Shown: positions 58,885-64,000 of the stretch, one piece after another
Position numbering within the stretch: the first letter of the stretch is position 1
Layout: the number at the start of each line of letters is the position of its first letter
NCBI GenBank assembly: GCA_049840815.1
Contig: JASGJI010000017.1
Location: forward strand, 344,133-408,132
Direction: 5' to 3'
Source of the DNA: Thermomicrobiales bacterium
GTDB lineage: Bacteria > Chloroflexota > Chloroflexia > Thermomicrobiales > UBA6265
Length of the DNA stretch: 64,000 nt
Position numbers and translations under genes: made by a program
The notes under the pieces: generated by a model
What the model was told of the DNA's origin: nothing
Databases searched by the model: none
What the model saw: only the letters and a program-made list of their open reading frames with translations

Positions 58885-60318
58885 ATGCTGAAAGGATGTC
58901 TCCCCGTGACCGATCGCCTCCCTCGCCAGCACCTTCCGCGCGGCATCCTCTCGCTCGACGTGCTGGAAGAGCGCGTGCGTTCCGGCGAGATCGACACCGT
59001 CATCACCGCCGTCTGCGACATGCAGGGGCGGCTGGTCGGCAAGCGCGTGACGGGTGACTTTTTCATCCAGCACGCCCGCGCGCATGGCACGCATTTCTGC
59101 ACCTATCTCCTTGGCACCGACATGGAGATGGCCACGCCGGATGGCTTCGCGGCGATGGACTGGGCCAGCGGCTACGGCGATTACCTGGCGCAACCCGACT
59201 GGCGAACATTGCGGCGCATTCCGTGGCTGGAGGGCACGGCGCTCGTCTTCTGTGATGCCATGGACGAATCGAGTGGCGAACCGGTCGACGTGCCCTTCTC
59301 GCCACGCACGATCCTGAGACGGCAGGTGGAGCGACTGGAGGCGCTCGGGTTCGATCCGTTGATGGCGACCGAGCTGGAGTTCTACGTCCTCCGCGAGTCC
59401 TACGCCGAGGCGGCGCACAAGCACTTTGTCGATCTCGCCCCCGCCGGGCGCTACAACGAGGACTACCAGCTCCTGCAAGGGACGAAGCTGGAATCGCTCT
59501 ACCGGAGGCTGCGCAACGAATTGAGCGCGGCGGGCGTGCCGATCGAGTTCTCCAAGGGGGAAGCCCACGCTGGCCAGCACGAGATCAACATCCACTACGC
59601 GGGCGCGCTGGAATCGGCGGACCGCGCGGCGCTGTTCAAGCACGGCGCGAAGGAAATCGCCTGGCAGGAGGGTCGCGCGATCACCTTCATGGCGAAGCCA
59701 TATCAGGCGTGGACGGGTTCCAGCGGGCACATCCACCTCTCCCTCCGCGACCGCGAGACTGGCCAGAACGCCTTCCCCGCCACGGATGACCCCCGGAGCT
59801 GGGCGATGGCGGACACCATGCGCTGGTTTCTCGGGGGCCTGATCGCGGGATCGCGCGAACTGTCGCTCTTCGTCGCCTCCACCGTGAACGCCTACAAGCG
59901 GTTCGCGCTCGGGTCGTGGGCGCCGGTGCACCTTGCCTGGGGGCGGGACAACCGGACTTGCGCCTTCCGTGTGGTGGGCAGCGGGCAGGCCTTGCGGATC
60001 GAGAACCGCCTGCCGGGATCGGATGCGAATCCGTACCTGAGTTTCGCGGCGGTGCTGGCGGCGGGCATCCACGGCATCGAGCAGCAGATCGAGCCGCCGG
60101 ACATGTTCGTGGGCAACGGCTACACCGCAACCGACCTGCCCCGTGTGCCGCATACGCTCTACCGCGCCATCGACGCGTGGGAGGCGAGCGACCTCGCGCG
60201 GGATGCGTTCGGCCCGGACGTTCACGCGCACTACCTGAACGCGGCCCGGGTGGAGCAGGACGCCTTCGATGCCGCCGTCACCGATTGGGAGCGTGAGCGC
60301 TACCTGGAGCGCGGCTGA
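58885..60318 (+). CDS. glutamine synthetase family protein (GlnA3/gamma-glutamyl-polyamine synthetase-like)
   Basis: GS catalytic-domain blocks ELEFYVL, KGEAHAGQHEINI and SSGHIHLSL. Start uncertain (ATG 58885 or GTG 58906). Confidence 0.8.
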   Translation: MLKGCLPVTDRLPRQHLPRGILSLDVLEERVRSGEIDTVITAVCDMQGRLVGKRVTGDFFIQHARAHGTHFCTYLLGTDMEMATPDGFAAMDWASGYGDYLAQPDWRTLRRIPWLEGTALVFCDAMDESSGEPVDVPFSPRTILRRQVERLEALGFDPLMATELEFYVLRESYAEAAHKHFVDLAPAGRYNEDYQLLQGTKLESLYRRLRNELSAAGVPIEFSKGEAHAGQHEINIHYAGALESADRAALFKHGAKEIAWQEGRAITFMAKPYQAWTGSSGHIHLSLRDRETGQNAFPATDDPRSWAMADTMRWFLGGLIAGSRELSLFVASTVNAYKRFALGSWAPVHLAWGRDNRTCAFRVVGSGQALRIENRLPGSDANPYLSFAAVLAAGIHGIEQQIEPPDMFVGNGYTATDLPRVPHTLYRAIDAWEASDLARDAFGPDVHAHYLNAARVEQDAFDAAVTDWERERYLERG

Positions 60319-60462
60319 GTGTGCCCGTCCATCCTTACGTGGCATTGCCCACCATCGGCAGCCCACCGCCCGCACCTGTGAGGGGCTGTCCTCCATAGGA
60401 CCGCATTTCTAGGGACCGAATCCCGTGTCGGTCCGGACCACTGAGTGTGCCCGATACCTGCC

Positions 60463-61236
60463 TCAGCGGGTGAGGTCACGACGCTGCACAACGACCATCC
60501 CCGCAATCGTGGCGATGACCGTGACGATCAGGGAGGCGGCGATCGAGGGGAGCATCCCGGTTGTGCCTCGGTAGATGCCGGGATAGTCCGTCAGGCCGAC
60601 CGGCGACCATCGCGCAATGGCTGGCCATGTCGTGAGGATCGACGAGAGGAGCACGGCGACGATTGCGATCGCGGTGGTTGTCCCGACGCTGCGCACGATG
60701 CCGGTGAGCAGGAAGGCCAGCGCACCGAACGCCAGCTGGTAGCAGGCACCCGCGATCCAGAGCCGCATCATCCCCGCGGGTGATGGCGCACCGATGAGCA
60801 CGGTCGTTTCGTACCAGGCGGCGGCCATGCCGAGCGTAAACGCGGCGGTCATCGTGGCAAGGGCGATCGTCAGGCGGGGAACGAGCAGCGTCCAGATATC
60901 CTTGCGTCGCGTTCGGGAGAAAATCGCGAGCGAATACGACGCGTCGATCGCGCAGGCGGAGACCAGCATTGCCAGTCCGACCATCAGGCCGATCTGCATG
61001 GCGCTGCCCAGATAGCCGACCATGCCATCGGCGGGGACAGGATCGGCAACGGTGACCTGCATCTGGTCGGTGTTCGCGGCCGAACCGATGATCTGCACCA
61101 TGTAGCGCGCGAGGATCGGGTCTGCGAATCCGAAGAAGCAGTAGGTGAACAGGAGACCGATCAAGCGCCGCGTTCGCCAGATACGCAACAGTTCGATCCG
61201 CCAGAGCGTACGCTCGTGTGGGCGCATGCCGGTCAT
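60463..61236 (-). CDS. ABC-2 type transporter permease-like membrane protein
   Basis: 257 aa with six hydrophobic segments. ATGA overlap with the upstream ATPase gene (61233-61236). Confidence 0.55.
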   Translation of the reverse strand: MTGMRPHERTLWRIELLRIWRTRRLIGLLFTYCFFGFADPILARYMVQIIGSAANTDQMQVTVADPVPADGMVGYLGSAMQIGLMVGLAMLVSACAIDASYSLAIFSRTRRKDIWTLLVPRLTIALATMTAAFTLGMAAAWYETTVLIGAPSPAGMMRLWIAGACYQLAFGALAFLLTGIVRSVGTTTAIAIVAVLLSSILTTWPAIARWSPVGLTDYPGIYRGTTGMLPSIAASLIVTVIATIAGMVVVQRRDLTR

Positions 61237-62141
61237 CGGGCCGGCTCCCCGCTCACGATGGCAGCAAACGCTTCATCAAGGTCGGGCCGGTCCAGCGTCA
61301 TCTCGACGATGGGGATGCCGCTCGCCACGAGGAGGGCGGGCAGTTCCCGCTCGCCCTCATCCATCGACCTCATGGCGACGATCAGCTCATCCGGCGACGA
61401 TGCGGTCACCCCGGAGACGGCAGGCGCCACCGCGAGCGTCGCGGTGAGGTCGTTTGCACGGTTCCGCGTCCGCACGCGCCAGACCGGGCGTTCCTGTCGA
61501 CTCAGGAGTTCCGCGAGTGTGCCCTGGTAGACCACGCGCCCCTTGACCAGAATGATGACGACGTCGGCGATCTTCTCCACGTCGGCGAGGGAGTGACTGG
61601 AGAGCACGACCCCCCGTTCCTGGCCAAGGTCGCGGAGCAGCGCGAGTACCTCCAGCCGGCCGAGGGGATCGAGCGCGCTGGTCGGCTCATCGAGGATCAT
61701 CAGACGGGGATCGGTGACAAGGGTCGCTGCGATGCCGAGCCGCTGGGTCATCCCGCGGGAGAAGCCGCCCACGCGCCGGGTTGCCGCGTCATCGAGTCCG
61801 CAGCGGGCGAGCAGGTCCGCATTCGTCTGGCGGGAGCGGCGGCGGGCGAGCGATGCCGATTGGTTCAGCACCTCGGAGGCGGTAAGCCATCGCTCGAAGG
61901 CGGGCGTATCCGGGCAGTAGGCGACATCACCGATGGCTGGCGCGATGGAGATGTTGCCGGAATCGGGGCGCACCAGCCCAGTCACGACGGTGAAGAGGGT
62001 CGTCTTGCCCGCGCCGTTCGGCCCGATGATGGCGGTGACGCCGCGATCCGGGATCGTCAGCGAAGCCCCGAGGAGCCCCGTCCCGCCATAGTCCTTGACC
62101 AGATCCGTGACGGCGATCGCCTCCGCCGTCGATGCCATCAT
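61233..62141 (-). CDS. ABC transporter ATP-binding protein
   Basis: Walker A GPNGAGKTT, signature FSRGMTQR, Walker B LMILDEPTSALD. The ATG at 62141 overlaps the stop of the upstream small ORF. Confidence 0.85.
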   Translation of the reverse strand: MMASTAEAIAVTDLVKDYGGTGLLGASLTIPDRGVTAIIGPNGAGKTTLFTVVTGLVRPDSGNISIAPAIGDVAYCPDTPAFERWLTASEVLNQSASLARRRSRQTNADLLARCGLDDAATRRVGGFSRGMTQRLGIAATLVTDPRLMILDEPTSALDPLGRLEVLALLRDLGQERGVVLSSHSLADVEKIADVVIILVKGRVVYQGTLAELLSRQERPVWRVRTRNRANDLTATLAVAPAVSGVTASSPDELIVAMRSMDEGERELPALLVASGIPIVEMTLDRPDLDEAFAAIVSGEPAR

Positions 62142-62338
62142 CCCTTCCTCCCCACCAGCAGATAGATGATGCCGCCAAGCGGAATCGAGATGACGCAGAC
62201 GATGGCCCACGCCCACTTCGGCAGGTATTTCACGGATTCCTGATGCCAGATGTCCCACCAGCAGAAGATGGCGAATGCCGCGAGCAGGATGAACAGGGGC
62301 AGCAGGGCTGCTACCGGAATGCCGCCGATTTCACCCAT
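62138..62338 (-). CDS. small membrane protein, PLD-nuclease N-terminal (PLDc_N) domain-like
   Basis: 66 aa with two TM helices. CWWDIWHQE...KWAWAIVCVISIPLGGIIYLLVGRK matches the PLDc_N small-protein pattern. Confidence 0.6.
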   Translation of the reverse strand: MGEIGGIPVAALLPLFILLAAFAIFCWWDIWHQESVKYLPKWAWAIVCVISIPLGGIIYLLVGRKG

Positions 62339-62969
62339 CTGTTGGTCCTCCGTTCAGGGATTCGAGAGCCGGGTAGATCTGGAAGCCGAGCACGCGTGCA
62401 TCTGGGGTGAAGGACACGACACCGGTTGCTGCCCCTCCCGGGAATCGAAGCGGCGTGCTGACCATTGTCACGTCTCCAAGCAACGAGATCTCGGCGGCCG
62501 CTGAATCGACGGCTTCCAGCTCGCCAAGCGACTCCGTGATCTGTCGCCGGAAGACGTCGTGTCGTTTGGCGGTCACGGCCGCTGCGATTGACCGGGACAT
62601 GGATGCGCGAAACCCTGCGTGATCGTTGGCGAAGAATGCCGTGATGGTGCTTGCCGCGAGGGCCGTCGCGTTCGCCAACGGCTCGACGGTCAGATCGTCG
62701 ACGGCCGGTGGTGTGGTGCCGAACCGTTGGGCCGCTCCCTGGCGAGAGGTTCCGGTGATATCTCCGATCTGTTGCCATGAGAATCCGGCGGCGCGCGCTT
62801 CGTGCACGATGGCATGGAGGGCGCGGTCGGTCATTCGGTCGAGCGTCACGATGAGCGAGATCGCCGCGATGTGACGCTCGGTGTTCGGCGAGTCGAGCTG
62901 TCCGGCGAGCTGGGTGGCGATATCGACGATGGCAGCGGAGAGGGAGTGAACCCCTGATGTGTCGCTCAT
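62331..62969 (-). CDS. hypothetical protein with an HTH-like segment and a DUF3887-like C-terminal domain
   Basis: HTH-like segment AGFSWQQIGDITGTSRQGAAQRF. Internal ATG at 62969 chosen. The stop overlaps the next gene by 8 nt. Confidence 0.45.
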   Translation of the reverse strand: MSDTSGVHSLSAAIVDIATQLAGQLDSPNTERHIAAISLIVTLDRMTDRALHAIVHEARAAGFSWQQIGDITGTSRQGAAQRFGTTPPAVDDLTVEPLANATALAASTITAFFANDHAGFRASMSRSIAAAVTAKRHDVFRRQITESLGELEAVDSAAAEISLLGDVTMVSTPLRFPGGAATGVVSFTPDARVLGFQIYPALESLNGGPTDG

Positions 62970-63005
62970 GATTGTCAATATAAGGTTGACATGTCGGGAT
63001 GTCAA
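62970..63005 (-). promoter_or_regulatory. near-consensus sigma-70-type promoter overlapping TTGACA/TGTCAA operator-like palindromes; predicts a leaderless transcript
   Basis: The minus strand reads TTGACA, a 17-nt spacer, TATATT, a 7-nt spacer, then the ATG at 62969. On the plus strand, TGTCAA (62972-62977), TTGACAT (62986-62992) and ATGTCAA (62999-63005) form nested inverted repeats. Confidence 0.5.
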
Positions 63006-63071
63006 CGCCTCGGGCGATTCTGGGGCCAATTGCATGATTCAAAGAAGAAAGTGGCATTCTCGAATGAAGTA

Positions 63072-63100
63072 TTGACTTTGGCGGGGCAATCCCCTAGAGT
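63072..63100 (+). promoter_or_regulatory. candidate promoter of the SAM riboswitch transcript
   Basis: TTGACT (63072-63077), a 17-nt spacer, then TAGAGT (63095-63100), about 20 nt upstream of the riboswitch P1 stem. Confidence 0.4.
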
Positions 63101-63118
63101 CGTCCTCACAACCGAAGA

Positions 63119-63252
63119 GACCTCATCCAGAGGGGCAGAGGGACCGGCCCGGTGAAGCCCCAGCAACCGTCCACACGCAGCGCGTTGTGGAAAGGTGCTA
63201 ATTCCGTCAGGGATCGCGTCGAGCAATCGACATTCGCCTGGAAGATGAGGGA
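63119..63252 (+). promoter_or_regulatory. SAM-I (S-box) riboswitch
   Basis: CCTCATCCAGAGGGGCAGAGGGACCGGCCCGGTGAAGCCCCAGCAACC...GGTGCTAATTCC...GGAAGATGAGG matches the S-box core (ATCnAGAG, GAGGGA, GGCCC..TGAA, GCAACC, GGTGCTAATTCC). The P1 stem is 63121-63127 paired with 63244-63250. Confidence 0.85.
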
Positions 63253-63290
63253 TCGTTTCGCCCTGCGTCATTCCGGCGCGTCGGGCGTTC

Positions 63291-63320
63291 GCCCTTCATC
63301 TTCCGAGATGAGGGGTTTTC
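63291..63320 (+). terminator. expression-platform terminator of the SAM-I riboswitch
   Basis: cccttcatc-ttccga-gatgagggg is followed by TTTT. The left arm is also complementary to the P1 3' strand ggaagatgaggg, giving an antiterminator alternative. Confidence 0.65.
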
Positions 63321-63540
63321 TGTCGTGATCGGAACGACGCCCGGCGGCCTCGATCGCCATCGCCTCCCGCGTGACCACCTATGCAGGACCCGGCAGGTTC
63401 TGCGGTGAGCAGACGACATCGGCCAACGTGTCGTCCCTGTCACGGGTCGTCCGGAGCCGGCGCTTTTCTGGAGCGCCGCGTTCCGGAGGCCTCCCTGCAA
63501 CGCCAGCCCAGGCTGGCGTTCGTCGCGAAGGAGTCCGTCC

Positions 63541-64000
63541 ATGCCAACTGGTATCGACCACATCGTCATCGCCGTCACTTCGCTGGAGGATGCCGTCGCC
63601 GACTATCGGCGGGCGGGATTCACCGTCACGCTTGGTGGAGAGCACACCGGCGGTCGAACCCGCAATGCCCTGGTGCCGTTTGTCGACGGAGCGTATTTCG
63701 AGATCATCGCCTTTCGTGATCCCGAACAGGCGACCGGCCATGCGTGGGCGACCCGGTTGCTGAAGGGCGAGGGCTTGATCGATTACGCGCTGCGTGCCGA
63801 CGACCTCAAGAACGAAGTGACCGTCCTGCGTTCGCTTGGCCTCAACGCCTCTGGCCCGAACGACGGCGGCCGCACGCGACCCGACGGCCAGCGCGTCGAG
63901 TGGCAGACCACTCGTTTCCTCGGCGTGTCGTCTGCGTTGCCGTTCTATTGCGTCGATCAGACGGAGCGGAGCCTCCGGGTCCCTGATGGCGAGGCGTCGA
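63541..64000 (+). CDS. VOC/glyoxalase-like domain protein, N-terminal part (3' end outside the window)
   Basis: ATG at 63541 lies 8 nt after AAGGAG. MPTGIDHIVIAVTSLEDAVADYRRAGFTVTLGGEHTGGRTRNALVPFVDGAYFEIIAF is typical of glyoxalase-like (Glyoxalase_3) domains. Absent from the ORF track because there is no stop in the window. Confidence 0.7.
   Translation, partial: MPTGIDHIVIAVTSLEDAVADYRRAGFTVTLGGEHTGGRTRNALVPFVDGAYFEIIAFRDPEQATGHAWATRLLKGEGLIDYALRADDLKNEVTVLRSLGLNASGPNDGGRTRPDGQRVEWQTTRFLGVSSALPFYCVDQTERSLRVPDGEAS

Noticed and set aside
60314-60453. 13-nt direct repeat ctgagtgtgcccg (60314-60326 and 60441-60453) flanking 114 nt, considered as a target-site duplication of a small insertion
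   Set aside because: Exact matches of this length can arise by chance in GC-biased sequence. There are no terminal inverted repeats and no other copy in the window. The interior holds only a weak hairpin.

Overview
The window is GC-rich single-copy chromosomal DNA, densely packed with housekeeping and transport genes. Content and regulatory style (T-box, SAM-I riboswitch, sortase/LPXTG, F420-type enzyme, type-2 AspRS) suggest a monoderm high-GC lineage such as Chloroflexota/Thermomicrobia or Actinomycetota; phylogeny cannot be tested here. About 55 CDS are supportable. They include glnA and a second GS-family gene, gltX, and an archaeal-type aspS behind a T-box leader. There is also a five-gene peptide/nickel ABC importer, a three-gene sugar ABC importer, and several ABC-2 exporters. 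One exporter cluster is headed by an ECF sigma factor with a Cys-rich C-terminal extension. Other products are an APC permease, a PFK-family kinase, oxidoreductases, hydrolases and peptidases. I found no rRNA, tRNA, CRISPR array, transposase or integrase. The items most worth a second look are: (1) a ~0.9 kb almost pure poly-C tract (10560-11455), most likely an assembly or sequencing artefact; (2) an LPXTG surface protein built from five tandem four-cysteine domains, followed by a sortase fused to an SH3b domain; (3) the ECF sigma with two zinc-ribbon-like CxxC pairs upstream of two ABC-2 exporters and an MFS gene; (4) a SAM-I riboswitch upstream of a VOC/glyoxalase-like gene; (5) small intergenic inverted-repeat families; (6) a helicase-associated-domain gene split by a 1-nt frameshift. 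Nothing amounts to a clearly novel multi-gene system. Family calls rest on motif recognition by eye, not on database searches. Many long ORFs in the track are antisense shadows typical of high-GC DNA and were rejected.
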